This document shows positions 19,253 through 30,303 of a stretch of 64,000 bases of DNA, piece by piece. Made by a program: the position numbers and the translations under genes. The notes beneath the pieces are model-generated. The model did not search any database. It saw only the letters and a program-made list of their open reading frames with translations, and was not told where the DNA came from. How positions within the stretch are numbered: position 1 is the stretch's first letter; every line of letters starts with the position of its first letter. Origin of the DNA: an uncultured Spirochaetota bacterium (lineage in GTDB: Bacteria; Spirochaetota; Spirochaetia; SZUA-6; CAVTHK01); contig CAVTHK010000009.1 in the NCBI GenBank assembly GCA_963734495.1, positions 267,308 through 331,307 on the forward strand, read 5' to 3'.

Positions 19253-19335
19253 GGCGCGATCCCCGTGTTCGGCGGCCGGTCGTGAGTTTGTGGTGGCTCT
19301 CAGTTGTCTCGCATCGGTGGGACATTCGCCGCTGA
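19249..19335 (+). pseudogene. Probable remnant of the cognate HEPN (DUF86) toxin gene
   Basis: The ATG overlaps the MNT stop (ATGA). The first residues MRRDPRV resemble DUF86 N-termini, but the frame ends after 28 codons and lacks the downstream HEPN sequence. Confidence 0.3.
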
Positions 19336-19422
19336 GGGGCGCTGGCTTGGAGGTTTCACGACAGGGCCGCGGCCGGCCTGAGCAGTCTCGCCAACACCAG
19401 CGCGATGAGCCACGCCTCCTGC

Positions 19423-20218
19423 CTAGCCCCCGCGATGTGCGATGTAACGGTCAGCCGACGACTCGACGGCGACTCTCGCCCCGTTCGGGATGACGCGGTC
19501 CCACCAGCCGCCGTAGATGCAGTCCCAGGCATAGGGCCGGACCGCGGCGACGACGGCGCGCACCTCGGCCGCCGGAAGAGGCACGAGGTTCGGGTAGCTC
19601 CACATGAAGCTTACGTGCTTCCGGTCAGGCACGACCATGATCGTGTCGCCCGTGAACAGCGCGCCGCGGTCCCAGTGGAGGACGGAGCTTCCCGGAAAGT
19701 GGCCGCCGCAGCGGATCATGGTGACGCCGGGCAGGATCTGCCGCGTCTCGCCTTCCCAGAAGTCGATCACCGGGTCCGGCCGCATCACCCACTGGCGGTC
19801 CGCCGCCGGCAGATGGATCGGGACGCGACCGAACGCGTGGCTCCAGTCGACCATCGCGGCGTAGAAGTGCGGGTGCGAGATCGCGATGGCCGCGAGGCCG
19901 CCGAGCTCGCGCACGCGGCGCTCGATCTCATCGTCGAGGAGCGGGATGCAGTCCCAGAGCACGTTCCCCGCGGGCGTGCGCACCAGCAGCGCCCGCTGCC
20001 CGATGGCGAAGCCCGGCGCCTCCGCCGATGCCGTAGAGGTCCGGCTCCAGCTCCCGCACGTCGCCGCGGTGATTCTCCCGCAGCTCCTTCGGGGTCACCC
20101 AGCGCTGCCCGGCGGGAGGGACGTACTGCCGCTCGTCGTTGCAGATCGGGCAGGCATCCGGCGCCTTCTCCGAGGGGGCGAACTGCGCGCCGCATGTGAC
20201 GCAGATCCAGCATTCCAT
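19423..20218 (-). CDS. MBL-fold metallo-hydrolase with N-terminal Cys4 zinc-ribbon, one frame disruption
   Basis: ATG 20218 gives MECWICVTCGAQF..CPICNDERQY. The body GNVLWDCIPLLDD..AIAISHPHFY..IRCGGHFPGSS is in ORF 19423..19983. The frames join near 20024 (..YGIG|EAPGFAIGQRALLVRTPAGN). Confidence 0.8.
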
Positions 20219-20261
20219 GCTGCCCAAGCTACCGCCGCGCCGGGCGCGAGGCAATCGCCCT

Positions 20262-21571
20262 CTACATCAGCGGCTTGTAGCCCATCATCTTCGGTATCCA
20301 GAGGACCAGCTCGGGCACGTAGCGTGATGAGGAAGAGCACCCCGATGAAGAGCCAGATAAAAGGCAGCATCTCCCGGATCACGTCCTTGAGGTTCGCTCC
20401 CGTCGAGGCCGCAGACGACGAACAGCAGCATCCCGAACGGCGGCGTCGAAAGCCCGATCATCATGTTCAGCACGACCACGACGCCGAAGTGAACGAGGTC
20501 GATCCCCATCTTGTTGATCACCGGAAGGATGATCGGGATGAACACGAGCGTGATGGTGCTCGTGTCCATCAGGCAGCCGAGGATGAGGAAGACCACGTTC
20601 ATGACCAGCAGCATGACGTACTTGTTGTCCGTGATCGACAGCAGGCTGTTCGCCACGACGTCCGGGATCTTCTCGATGGCGACGATGTAGGAGAACGCGT
20701 AGGCTGCCCCGACCATGAACGAGAGGTTGCCGATGGACTTGACCGTGTTCTTGAGCACCTCGAACAGGTCCTTCGGGCCGAAGGCGCGGTAGAAGACGAT
20801 CGAGATGATGAGGGCCCACGAGGCGGCTATGGCGCCGGCCTCGGTCGGCGTGACGACGCCGGTGTAGATCGCGCCGAGCAGGATCACGACGGTCATGAGG
20901 GCCGGGATCGAGCGGATCGTGACCCGGACGAACTCGCCGAAGCGGTAGCTGTGGCCCATCGGGTAGTTGCGCTTCACGGAGACGAAACCGGTGTAGATCA
21001 TCATCACGACGCCGAGGATGAGCCCCGGCACGATGCCGCCCATGAACAGCGCGCCGACCGAGGCTCCCGACAGCATCGCGTAGAAGATCATCGGGATGCT
21101 CGGTGGGATGATCGGCCCCTCGGTCGCGCTGGCGGCCGTGACCGCGCAGGTAAAGGCCTTGTCGTAGCCTTCGCCGATCATCGCCTGCATCTCGATGTTG
21201 CCGGGGCCCGAGGCATCGGCGATCGCCGAGCCGGTCATGCCCGAGAAGATGATCGAGTTGACGATGTTCACCTGCGCCATGGCGCCGCGCCGCCTGCCCA
21301 CGAGGCCGGAGGCGAAGTCGAAGATGATCTTGGTCACCTTGCTCGTGTTCATGATCTCGGCCATGAAGATGTAGAGCGGCACCGCGATGATGATGAAGCT
21401 CGAGCTCATCTCCGTGAGGAACTTGACCGCGACCATGTCGACCGTGGCGGCCGGGCCGGGAGCGAGCACGAAGTAGAACACCGCGGCCATCATCATCCCG
21501 AAACCGATCGGGATGCGCAGGAGGAAGACGGCGACGAAGGACAGGAAGAAGACGATGATGGGCAGGTTCAT
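20262..21571 (-). CDS. TRAP transporter large permease (DctM family), two frame disruptions at the 3' end
   Basis: The 428-aa ORF 20285..21571 is a typical DctM. The true C-terminus (..STGANLKDVIREMLPFIWLFIGVLFLIT / YVPELVLWIPKMMGYKPLM*) is recovered in two other frames, with switches at ~20405 and ~20322. Confidence 0.88.
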
Positions 21572-22072
21572 CGGGCGCCTCCCGCCGGCAGGGCGCGCAG
21601 GTCCCGGACGTCACGAACGATGTCGATCGTGTACCGGATGGTGATGTCCACGAGGAAGATCATGTAGGCACGAGCACACGAGGTTCATGGGGATGAGCAG
21701 CACGCTCGACTTCTTGTAGCCCACGAAGATCACGTAGTCGAGCGACGGCTTGATCGAGATCACGAACGCCGCCACCAGCAGGACGTTCCCCGCGATCCGC
21801 ATGATCGTCTGGCCTCTGGGACGGAGCATGTCGTAGATCATGGTGAAGACCACCAGCGACTCATGCCGTTTCGCGTACAGCGCGCCGAGCAGCGCCACCC
21901 ACAGGAAGGAGAGGAGGGCGAGCTCCTCCGGCCACATCAGGGGCGTGAAGAAATAGCGTGAGACGATCTGGATCATGAAGCAGACGAAGATCGTGAGAAA
22001 GGCGAGCATCGGGACGTAGAGCTCGACGACGTCCAGCAGGAACAAGAGGACGGACCTGGCGCGGTGGTTCAT
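21568..22072 (-). CDS. TRAP transporter small permease (DctQ family), one frame disruption
   Basis: The sequence begins MNHRARSVLLFLLDVVELYVPMLAFLTIFVCFMIQIVSRYFF... The C-terminus YMIFLVDITIRYTIDIVRDVRDL.. is in another frame (switch ~21668). The stop overlaps the dctM ATG (ATGA). Confidence 0.82.
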
Positions 22073-22143
22073 CCGGAGTCTCCCGCGAAAAAAAGGCCGC
22101 CGGCGCCCGGGGTCAGCCGGACCGGCGGCCCGAAGGGCTTGAT

Positions 22144-23142
22144 CTACTTCACCTTCTGGATCTCTTCGTAGAGCTCCCAGTCCCAGTCCTTGGTCAGGTC
22201 CTTCGCCTCGTTGCGGTAGTAGTTCTTCGCGTAGGCGGCAAAGGCGGCGCGGTCGGGGTTCTCGATGACGGTCAGGCCCTGGCTGCGGAAGAAGTCGAGG
22301 ATGCTCTTCTCCTTGTCCAGGTTGGTCTTGTCGCAGAACTGGCGCCCCTTTTCGATGGCCTGCATGACCCAGCCCTGCTGCTGCGGCGGTGAGGCTCTCG
22401 CCACTTCTTCTCGTTGATCGCGGGCCACACGGAGTCGACGACGTGGTTGGTGAGCACGATGTACTTCGTGACCTCGTAGAACTTGGCGGCCTGGTCGGTC
22501 GGCAGCGGGTTGTCCTGGCCGTCGACGACTCCGGTCTTCAGGCCCATGTACACCTCGCCGAACGCCATCGGCGTCGGGTTGGCGCCGAGCGCCCGGCCCA
22601 TGGCGATCCACGCGGGCGCGTTCGGCACGCGGAACTTGACGCCCTTCATCTGCTCGGGCCTCGTGACGGGTCCGACCTTCTCGGTGAGGTTGAGCTCGCG
22701 GGTGCCGAGGTAGTAGGCGGCGAGCGGCCTGACTCCCAGCTTCGCGACCGTCTGGTCGAAGAGCTTCTGTCCGATCGTGCCGTTGAGCGTCTTCGTCATC
22801 TGGTCATAGCTGGAAAAGGTGAAGGCGGCGCCGAACATCGCCGTGGCCGGGATCTGCTGGGCGAGCCACGCGGCCGAGAAGTACGACATTTCGACCTTGC
22901 CCTGGATGGTGGCGTTGTTGTCCGCGGCCTGTCCGAAGAGCTGGCCGGAGTGGAAGACGTCGACGGTCATGTTGCCGCCGGACAGCTTCTCGAGCTCGTC
23001 CTTGAACACGTAGAGCGCCTTGGTGTGCGCGTCGTCCGGGACGCTGACCGTGCGTGAAGGTCAGCTTGACCTTGGCCTGGCCCCAGGCAGCCGCGGAGGC
23101 GAGCACCGCGAGCGCGGCAAAGAGCGTGACGAAACGTTTCAT
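22144..23142 (-). CDS. TRAP transporter substrate-binding protein (DctP family), at least two frame disruptions
   Basis: ATG 23142 follows AAAGGAGG and encodes the signal peptide MKRFVTLFAALAVLASAAAWG. The pieces lie in ORFs 22804.., 22272.. and 22144.. and join at ~23048 (..KLTFTH|VSVPDDAHTKALYVFKDE) and ~22398 (..INEKKW|..PPQQQGWVMQAIEKG). Confidence 0.85.
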
Positions 23143-23288
23143 AATTGCCCCTCCTTTGATCGAGGCGCCCGTGCGGGCGCCGTCGTTCCCGTGACGAACT
23201 CTAAACCCGCCCCCGGCAGCCGTCAACAAGCAGCCGCGGCGCCTTGACGCGGGCGGGCCGCTCCCGCAGAGTCGGCGGGGAGGCGCCC

Positions 23289-24353
23289 ATGTCCCGTTAT
23301 TCCTGGAAGGAGCTGAACGCGCTCGCCGGCCGGCTGCTCGAGGCGGCGGGCCTCGCCCGCGACAGGGCTGAGGTGTTCGCCCGGACGCTGGTCGAGGCGG
23401 ACCTGATGGGCCACACGACGCACGGCCTGCGCCAGCTTCCGCGCTACCTGGACGAGCTCGCCGCCGGCAGGATGGCCGCGGCGGGGGACCCGAAGGTCGT
23501 CCGCGACACGGGCGCGACGTTCGCCTGGGACGGTGGATACCTGCCCGGCCCCTGGCTGGTGCACCGGGCGCTCGAGCAGGCGTACGAGCGGGTCCGGCAG
23601 CACCCGGTGGTCTTCGGCGCGGTCTCGCGCAGCCACCACATCGCGAGCCTCTCGTCGTACCTGCTCGAGCCGGCGTCGCGCGGCTATCTCTGCTTCATCG
23701 CGACGTCCGACCCGTCGGCAAAGACCGTGGCGCCCTTCGGGGGGCGCGCGCCGCTGTACACGCCCAATCCCATCGCCGTGGCGATCCCGACCGGAGCCGA
23801 CCCGATCCTCGTCGACATGAGCACGTCGACGACGGCCAACGGCGTCGTCGCCCTGTACCGGTCGCGGGGCAGGAACCTTCCGGCTCCCTGGCTGCTCGAC
23901 AGCGCCGGCAGGCCGACCGACGACCCCAACGCGCTGTTCACGGACCCGCCGGGCACCGTGCTGCCCCTCGGGGGCGTCGATCTCGGCTACAAGGGCTACG
24001 CGCTCGGCCTGGTCGTCGAGGCGCTCACCTCGGGCCTCGCCGGCCACGGGCGCGCGGACGATGTCAAACGCTGGGGCGCGTCGTTCTGCGTCGCGCTGAT
24101 CGATCCCGCGGGCTTCGGCGGCCGCGACGCGTTCGCGCGGCAGCTCGGATGGCTCGCGGACGCCTGCCGCGCGAACCCGGTGCGCCCCGATTCGGACCGG
24201 GTGTGGCTCCCCGGCGGGATGGAGCTCGCGAGGCGCGTCGAGCAGATGGGGCACGGCATCGAGCTCGACGAGGCGATCGTCGCCGCGCTGCTTGCACGAG
24301 CCGAGGCTGCCGGCGCCGCGATGCCCCGGCCGCTGGCCGAGCCCGCGGCCTAG
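23289..24353 (+). CDS. Ldh_2 family (malate/L-lactate/sulfolactate-type) oxidoreductase
   Basis: ATG 23289 follows GGGGAGG. The 354-aa ORF is intact and reads ..EADLMGHTTHGLRQLPRY...PNPIAVAIP...GGVDLGYKGYALGLVVEAL... Confidence 0.85.
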   Translation: MSRYSWKELNALAGRLLEAAGLARDRAEVFARTLVEADLMGHTTHGLRQLPRYLDELAAGRMAAAGDPKVVRDTGATFAWDGGYLPGPWLVHRALEQAYERVRQHPVVFGAVSRSHHIASLSSYLLEPASRGYLCFIATSDPSAKTVAPFGGRAPLYTPNPIAVAIPTGADPILVDMSTSTTANGVVALYRSRGRNLPAPWLLDSAGRPTDDPNALFTDPPGTVLPLGGVDLGYKGYALGLVVEALTSGLAGHGRADDVKRWGASFCVALIDPAGFGGRDAFARQLGWLADACRANPVRPDSDRVWLPGGMELARRVEQMGHGIELDEAIVAALLARAEAAGAAMPRPLAEPAA

Positions 24354-26122
24354 ACCGCCGCGCCCTGCGCCGCGTAGAGGCGCGCGTAGGCGCCGCCCGC
24401 GGCCTCCAGCTCGTCGTGGCTGCCCTCTTCGAGGATGCGGCCGTGGTCGACGTAGAAGATCCGGCTCGCGCTGCGGATCGTCGAGAGGCGGTGCGCGATG
24501 ATGAACGACGTGCGGCCGGAGAGCAGGCGCGCGAGCCCTTCCTGGATCAGGAGCTCCGTCTCCGTGTCGACGCTCGAGGTCGCCTCGTCGAGGATGAGGA
24601 TCCGCGGGTCGGCGAGCAGCGCCCGCGCGAACGAGATGAGCTGCCGCTGGCCCATGGAGAGGCGCGTTCCGCGCTCGTTGACGTTGGTGGCGTAGCCTTC
24701 GGAGAGGTCCATGATAAAGTCGTGCGCGCGGACGACCTGCGCCGCCCGCACGACCTCTTCGTCGCTCGCATCGAGGCGCCCGTAGCGGACGTTGTCCATG
24801 ATGGTGCCCGAGAACAGGAATGTGTCCTGCATCATGATGCCCATCTGGCGCCGCACCGACGGGATGCTGACCCGGTTCACGTCGATGCCGTCCAGGAAGA
24901 TGCGGCCGTCCTCGATGTTGTAGAAGCGGGCGAGGAGGTTCACGATCGTGGTCTTCCCGGCGCCGGTCGGCCCCACCACGGCGATCGACTCGCCCGGGTC
25001 GACCGCGAAGCTCAGGTCGCGCAGCACCGGCTTCTCAGGCTCGTAGGCGAACGTCACGCGGCGGAACTCGACCCGGCCGGCAATCGGCGGCAGCTCGCCG
25101 GCGCCGGGGGCATCCGCGACGACCACCTTCTCGTCCATCGTCTCGAAGATCCGCTCGAGGTAGGCCATCGCCACGATGATGGCGTTGTAGAAGTTGCCGA
25201 TGTTGCTGATCGGCTGCCAGAACCGCCAGATGTAGCCGATGAATGCGACGAGCACGCCGACACTCACGGTGCCGCGCATCCAGACGACGCCCGCCATGAG
25301 GACCAGCACGACGCCGATCACGGAGATGTTGTCGATGATCGGCCAGACGGAGAACTGGACGGCAACGGCCTTCATCCAGGAGGTCCTGTACTCCTCGTTC
25401 AGCCCCATGTAGATCCGCAGGTTCTCCTCTTCGCGGGCGAACGACTGCGTGACCTTGACGCCGCTCAGGCTCTCGTGGAGGTAGGCGTTCATGTTGGACT
25501 GCTTGCGCGAGACCGTCTGCCACGTGCGGCGCTGGCGCCCTTTGACGATGAAGACCGCGACCGCCAGGATCGGCACCCCGGCCATCGCGATGCCGGTGAG
25601 CCTCACGTCAATGGCCATCATGAACGCGATGATCACGCAGAGGGAGAACAGGTCGGTGATCACGTTGATGAGGCCGTTGGACAGCAGGTCCGAGAGTGAG
25701 TTCACGTAGTTGACCACCCGGACGAGGATCTTTCCGTGGGGCCGGGAGTCGTAGTAGGCGAAAGGCAGCCGCTGCAGGTGGCCGAAGATGCCGCTGCGGA
25801 TGCTCATGATCACGCCGTGGCCGATCCGCGTCATGATGCGGATGCGGGCCTTGAGGCACACGCCGCTCACGACAGTGGCCGCGAGGAACACGCCTGCCAG
25901 CACGAACATCAGATGCACGTCCTTGCGCGGGATCGCCTGGTCGAGGGCGATCCGCGTGAGGAACGGTCCAAGGAGGCTGGCCGCGCTCGCCACGAGCATC
26001 AGCGCGACGGCAATCAGCGCCTGCCCGGCCTGCGGCCGGACGTAAGCGAGCAGCCGCTTGAAGTGGTGGATGTTGAACTGGCCCTCGAGCTCTTCGTCGA
26101 TGTCGAACTTGTTGCGCGCCAT
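24350..26122 (-). CDS. ABC exporter, fused TMD-NBD half transporter (canonical Walker B, deviant signature)
   Basis: Intact 590 aa with Walker A GPTGAGKTT, signature LSMGQRQ (deviates from LSGGQ), Walker B ILILDEATSSVD and H-loop IIAHRLS. Confidence 0.92.
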   Translation of the reverse strand: MARNKFDIDEELEGQFNIHHFKRLLAYVRPQAGQALIAVALMLVASAASLLGPFLTRIALDQAIPRKDVHLMFVLAGVFLAATVVSGVCLKARIRIMTRIGHGVIMSIRSGIFGHLQRLPFAYYDSRPHGKILVRVVNYVNSLSDLLSNGLINVITDLFSLCVIIAFMMAIDVRLTGIAMAGVPILAVAVFIVKGRQRRTWQTVSRKQSNMNAYLHESLSGVKVTQSFAREEENLRIYMGLNEEYRTSWMKAVAVQFSVWPIIDNISVIGVVLVLMAGVVWMRGTVSVGVLVAFIGYIWRFWQPISNIGNFYNAIIVAMAYLERIFETMDEKVVVADAPGAGELPPIAGRVEFRRVTFAYEPEKPVLRDLSFAVDPGESIAVVGPTGAGKTTIVNLLARFYNIEDGRIFLDGIDVNRVSIPSVRRQMGIMMQDTFLFSGTIMDNVRYGRLDASDEEVVRAAQVVRAHDFIMDLSEGYATNVNERGTRLSMGQRQLISFARALLADPRILILDEATSSVDTETELLIQEGLARLLSGRTSFIIAHRLSTIRSASRIFYVDHGRILEEGSHDELEAAGGAYARLYAAQGAAV

Positions 26123-26131
26123 GCCGCCCTG

Positions 26132-27922
26132 CTACCTCGCCGCGGCGCCGCGCCGGCCGTCGCCCGCCGACACTGCCCCGCCGGCCGCCGCGCGGCCGGC
26201 CGGCACGACGCGCCCGGTCTGGTGCGCGTACACGCGGCTGTAGTAGCCGCCCAGCGCCACGAGCTCCGCGTGCGTCCCGCGCTCGGCGATCCGGCCGTCG
26301 ATCACGACGAGGATCACGTCCGCCTCCTCGACGGAGGAGATCCGTGCGCGATGACGATGGTCGTGCGGCCCTGCTTGAAGGTGCGCAGCGACTGCTGGAT
26401 CGCGTGCTCGGTCTCGACGTCGACGCTCGAGGTGGTGTCGTCGAGGATCACCACGGGAGGGTCTTTGAGCAGGAGCCTGCGCGAGGGCGAGGCGCTGCCT
26501 CTGACCGCCCGAGAGCCCCACGCCGCGCTCGCCGACGATGGTGTCGTAGCCTTCGGGGAACTCGCGGATAAAGCCGTCGGCGTCGGCCAGCCGGGAGGCA
26601 TCGATCACCCGCTCCACCGGCGCGGCGGGCTCGCCGTAGGCGACGTTCCCCTCGATCGTGTCCGAGAACAGGAACACGTCCTGCATCGCGATCCCGACCT
26701 GCGAGCGCAGGCAGCCGAGGTCGTAATCCTGCACGCGGATGCCGTCGACGAGGATCTCGCCCGAGGCCGGGTCGTAGAATCGGCACAGCAGGTGCGCGAT
26801 GGTCGACTTGCCGCTTCCGGTCGGCCCCATGATGCCGACGGTGCCGCCGGCGGGGACGCGGAAGCTCACGTCCGTGAGCACGGCCTCGTCGCCGTAGGTA
26901 AAGGAGACGCGGCGGAACTCGACCTCGCCGCGGACCTTGCGCACGACCGGGGCCGCGGGCGGCTCGAGGCGCGACGTCGTCCGTACCAGGCTCATGATCT
27001 TCTCGGCCGAGGCCTGGAAGCGCTGGCCGTCGTTGACGAGCCAGCCCGCGATCCTCATGGGGTTGATCAGGGCCCAGGTGAAGCTGGAAAAGGTGACCAG
27101 CTCGCCGAGGGTGATCCAGCCGCGGATCACGAAGATGCCGCCCGCGAGCATCGTGACGATGCCGAAGGCGCTCGACAGCGAATCGATGATGGGGATGTAG
27201 CGCCCCCACACCGCCGCGGAGTCGAGGTTGCGGTCGCGGAACGCGGCGTTCTCCTTTTCGAATTTCGCGATCTCGAAGCGCTCGCGGGCAAAGGCCTTGA
27301 TCACCCGGTTGCCCGCGATGTTCTCCTGAACGACGGAGTTGAGCCGCGCGAACTGCTCGCGGATCGCGAGAAACGTGGGCCGCACGGTGCCGGCGAGCTT
27401 GTGCGCGAACCAGGCGACGGCGGGCGTGAGGGCAAAGAGCACCGCCGCGAGCTCCCAGTTGATCGTGAACAGGATGGCGACGGAGAACACGAAGATCGCC
27501 CCGTTCTCGAAGCTCATGTAGACGACCCAGGCCACAAAGTGGCGCACCGCGTCCATGTCGCCGGTCATGCGGGTCATGATGTCGCCGGTCTTCGTCCGCT
27601 CGAAGTAAGTGAAGTCGAGCCCCTGCAGCCGCCGGTAGAGGTCGCGCCGCATCGAGGAAACCGTATCCTGCGACACGTGCTCGAAGACCATCTGGAACAC
27701 GTAGCGGACCACGGCCTTGGCGAGCGTCGCCGCGACCATGATGACGAGGAACCTCGGCAGCAGGGAGGGGTTGCCCGCCACGATGACGCGGTCGACGATG
27801 ACTCCGGTCACGTACGGGTTGACCATGTTCAGCATCGAGGCCAGCAGCACGAGAGCGAACGCGGCGAGCAGGAGAGCGAGGTGCTTGCGAAGGTAAGGCC
27901 AGAGCCAGCGGTAGGCGTCCAT
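26132..27922 (-). CDS. ABC exporter, fused TMD-NBD half transporter (Walker B Asp-Asp, degenerate-site partner), two frame disruptions
   Basis: Walker A is GPTGSGKST and the signature is LSGGQRQ. The Walker B/D-loop segment [32 protein letters not shown] lies in ORF 26314..26601. It is flanked by switches at ~26478 and ~26344, after which the main frame resumes ([14 protein letters not shown]). Confidence 0.88.
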   Translation of the reverse strand: MDAYRWLWPYLRKHLALLLAAFALVLLASMLNMVNPYVTGVIVDRVIVAGNPSLLPRFLVIMVAATLAKAVVRYVFQMVFEHVSQDTVSSMRRDLYRRLQGLDFTYFERTKTGDIMTRMTGDMDAVRHFVAWVVYMSFENGAIFVFSVAILFTINWELAAVLFALTPAVAWFAHKLAGTVRPTFLAIREQFARLNSVVQENIAGNRVIKAFARERFEIAKFEKENAAFRDRNLDSAAVWGRYIPIIDSLSSAFGIVTMLAGGIFVIRGWITLGELVTFSSFTWALINPMRIAGWLVNDGQRFQASAEKIMSLVRTTSRLEPPAAPVVRKVRGEVEFRRVSFTYGDEAVLTDVSFRVPAGGTVGIMGPTGSGKSTIAHLLCRFYDPASGEILVDGIRVQDYDLGCLRSQVGIAMQDVFLFSDTIEGNVAYGEPAAPVERVIDASRLADADGFIREFPEGYDTIVGERGVGLSGGQRQRLALAQAPAQRPSRGDPRRHHLERRRRDRARDPAVAAHLQAGPHDHRHRARISSVEEADVILVVIDGRIAERGTHAELVALGGYYSRVYAHQTGRVVPAGRAAAGGAVSAGDGRRGAAAR

Positions 27923-27974
27923 CCGGGGGGTCGCCTATAGATACTACGGAACGGGCCGGCGTGGAAACAGGCGT

Positions 27975-28003
27975 TTGACTGCCCGCGGGGCGCGCCATAG
28001 AAT
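27975..28003 (+). promoter_or_regulatory. Sigma70-like promoter for the peptide-type ABC permease operon
   Basis: TTGACT (27975-27980), a 17-nt spacer, then TAGAAT (27998-28003). It lies ~44 nt upstream of the TTG start at 28047, which has AAAGGAG as its SD. Such an AT-rich match stands out in this GC-rich context. Confidence 0.5.
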
Positions 28004-28046
28004 TGCGGCCGGCCTCGACCCCGGGGGCCCCAAAGGAGCGCTCGCG

Positions 28047-29033
28047 TTGCTGCACTACATCGTCAGGCGCCTCCTGAACATGCTGCTCATCGTCTTCCTG
28101 GTATCGATCCTGTCCTTCGTCATCATCCAGCTGCCTCCCGGTGACTACCTCACCACCTACATCGCGCAGCTCAAGCGCAGCGGCACGGAGGTGAGCCAGG
28201 ACCTGATCGACTCCCTCACGCTGCAGTACGGCCTCGACAAGCCGATGGTCACCCAGTACTTCAAGTGGATCACCAACTTCGTGCGCGGCGACATGGGGCA
28301 GTCGTTCCAGTGGAACCAGCCCGTCAACCAGCTCGTATGGGAGCGGCTGGCGCTGACCTTCGTCATTTCCCTCTCCTCCCTGATCGTCACGTGGGTCGTG
28401 GCCTTTCCGGTGGGCATCTACGCCGCGGTGCACCAGTACTCCTTTGGCGACTACTTCTTCACCTTCCTCAGCTTCATAGGGCTCGCGATCCCGAGCTTCA
28501 TGCTGGCTCTGATCCTCATGTACGTGGGCTTCAAGTACTTCGGCATGGACGTCGGCGGGCTCTTCTCGCGGCCCTTCGAGAACGCGCCGTGGTCGTTCGC
28601 CAAGGTCGTGGACCTCCTCAAGCACCTCTGGGTGCCGACGATCGTGCTCGGGACCTCGGGCACGGCCGGGCTGGTGCGGATCATGAGGGCCAACCTGCTC
28701 GACGAGCTGCGCAAACAGTACGTGATCACCGCCCGGGCCAAAGGGCTCCCGGAGCGGACCGTGATCCTGCGGTACCCGGTGCGAGTCGCCTCCAACCCGT
28801 TCATCAGCACGATCGGCTGGTACCTCCCGACGCTGATCTCCGGCGCGACGATCACCGCCGTGGTGCTGAACCTCCCCACGACCGGCCCGCTGCTGCTGAG
28901 CGCGCTGCTCACGCAGGACATGTACCTGGCGGGCAGCTTTATCATGCTGCTGAGCATCCTCACCGTGATCGGGACGTTCGTCTCGGACATCCTCCTGATG
29001 ATCGCCGATCCCCGCATCCGGCTCGGGAAATAG
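28047..29033 (+). CDS. Peptide/nickel-type ABC transporter permease (DppB/OppB-like)
   Basis: TTG 28047 gives [33 protein letters not shown].., followed by ..[22 protein letters not shown].. The 328-aa ORF is intact. Confidence 0.9.
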   Translation: MLHYIVRRLLNMLLIVFLVSILSFVIIQLPPGDYLTTYIAQLKRSGTEVSQDLIDSLTLQYGLDKPMVTQYFKWITNFVRGDMGQSFQWNQPVNQLVWERLALTFVISLSSLIVTWVVAFPVGIYAAVHQYSFGDYFFTFLSFIGLAIPSFMLALILMYVGFKYFGMDVGGLFSRPFENAPWSFAKVVDLLKHLWVPTIVLGTSGTAGLVRIMRANLLDELRKQYVITARAKGLPERTVILRYPVRVASNPFISTIGWYLPTLISGATITAVVLNLPTTGPLLLSALLTQDMYLAGSFIMLLSILTVIGTFVSDILLMIADPRIRLGK

Positions 29034-29047
29034 GGCAGGGTTCAAGG

Positions 29048-30195
29048 ATGGCGGAGCCGATGATCCGGGGACCGGCCGAGGACGTTCGCGACAACGACGA
29101 AGCGCGCCCCGAGGCCGTCGAAGAGTTCTATGCGTCACAGTGGAAGCTCATGCGGCGCCGCTTCGCCAGGCACCGGCTGGCCATGGTTTCGCTCGCGGTC
29201 CTGCTGCTGCTCTACGTCTCGGCCCTGCTCGCTCCCTTCCTCAGCCCCGTCGATCCTGACGAGAAGAGCCTGGCCTACAAGGAGGCTCCTCCCCAGGTCG
29301 TGCATTTCTTCGGCGGCGGGGTCTCCGGCCCCTTTGTGTATGCCCTCTCGAGCCGTGTGAACGCGGACACGTACCGGCGGACCTACTTCGAGGACACCTC
29401 GCGACCGCACCCGGTGCGGTTCTTCGTCCGCGGCTTCCGCTACCGGATGCTGGGCTTCCTGGAGACTGACATCCATCTCTTCGGGACCGCGGACCCGAAC
29501 GTGCCGGTCCATCTCTTCGGGACGGACAACTTCGGCCGCGACATGTTCGCCCGCGTTCTCTACGGCGCGCAGGTCTCGCTCTCCGTGGGCCTGGTGGGGG
29601 TGGCGATCAGCTTCTTCCTCGGGATCCTGCTGGAGGGCTCGCCGGCTATTTCGGCGGCCTCGTCGACGAGGTGATCCAGCGCGCCATCGAGCTGCTGATG
29701 TCGGTCCCGCACCTGCCGCTCTGGATGGGCCTGAGCGCGGCGCTGCCCGCGGGCTGGCCGGTGGTGAGGACCTACTTCGCGATCACGATCATCCTCTCGC
29801 TCGTCGGCTGGACCGGGCTGGCGCGGGTCGTGAGGGGCAAGTTCCTCTCGATGCGCGAGGAGGACTTTATCGTGGCCGCGAGGCTTGCGGGCCAGACGGA
29901 CCTGCGGATCATCTTCCAGCACATGCTGCCCTCGTTCCTCAGTCACGTCATCGCCTCGCTCACGTTGAGCATCCCGAGCATGATCCTCGGCGAGACCGCG
30001 CTGAGCTTTCTCGGGCTGGGGATGCAGCCGCCCGCCATCAGCTGGGGGGTGCTGCTGCAGGCGGCGCAGAACGTGCACACGCTCGCGCTCGCGCCGTGGT
30101 TGATGATCCCCGGCCTCTTCGTGGTTGTCACCGTGCTGACGTTCAACTTTATGGGCGACGGGCTGCGCGACGCGGCCGACCCGTACACGAGGTAG
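29048..30195 (+). CDS. Peptide/nickel-type ABC transporter permease (DppC/OppC-like), one frame disruption
   Basis: ATG 29048. The N-terminal part is in ORF 28265..29674 (..[23 protein letters not shown]..) and the C-terminal part in ORF 29671..30195 (..[24 protein letters not shown]..). They join at ~29632 ([27 protein letters not shown]). Confidence 0.88.
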
Positions 30196-30303
30196 GATCG
30201 GGGAGATCGAAGCCGGCGCGGGCCGGCAGACTCTGTGAGGACGGGCCCCCCGAGGACAGGGGGCCTGGGACTCCGCGAAGACGCGAAGTCGTAGGAGGTT
30301 TCC

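Noticed and set aside
23244-23272. TTGACG-17 nt-CAGAGT upstream of the Ldh_2 gene as a promoter
   Set aside because: The -35 is good, but the -10 matches the consensus at only 3 of 6 positions. That is too weak to call as a feature without TSS data.
24350-24353. Convergent Ldh_2 and ABC exporter genes overlapping by 4 nt and sharing the palindrome CTAG as both stop codons
   Set aside because: A real observation but trivial. CTAG reads as TAG on both strands, and no functional implication can be supported.
25736-29138. ORFs 25736..27940 (+, 734 aa) and 26448..29138 (-, 896 aa)
   Set aside because: These are shadow frames over the ABC exporter and DppB-like genes. They have low-complexity composition and lack Walker or TM patterns, which are found in the called frames.
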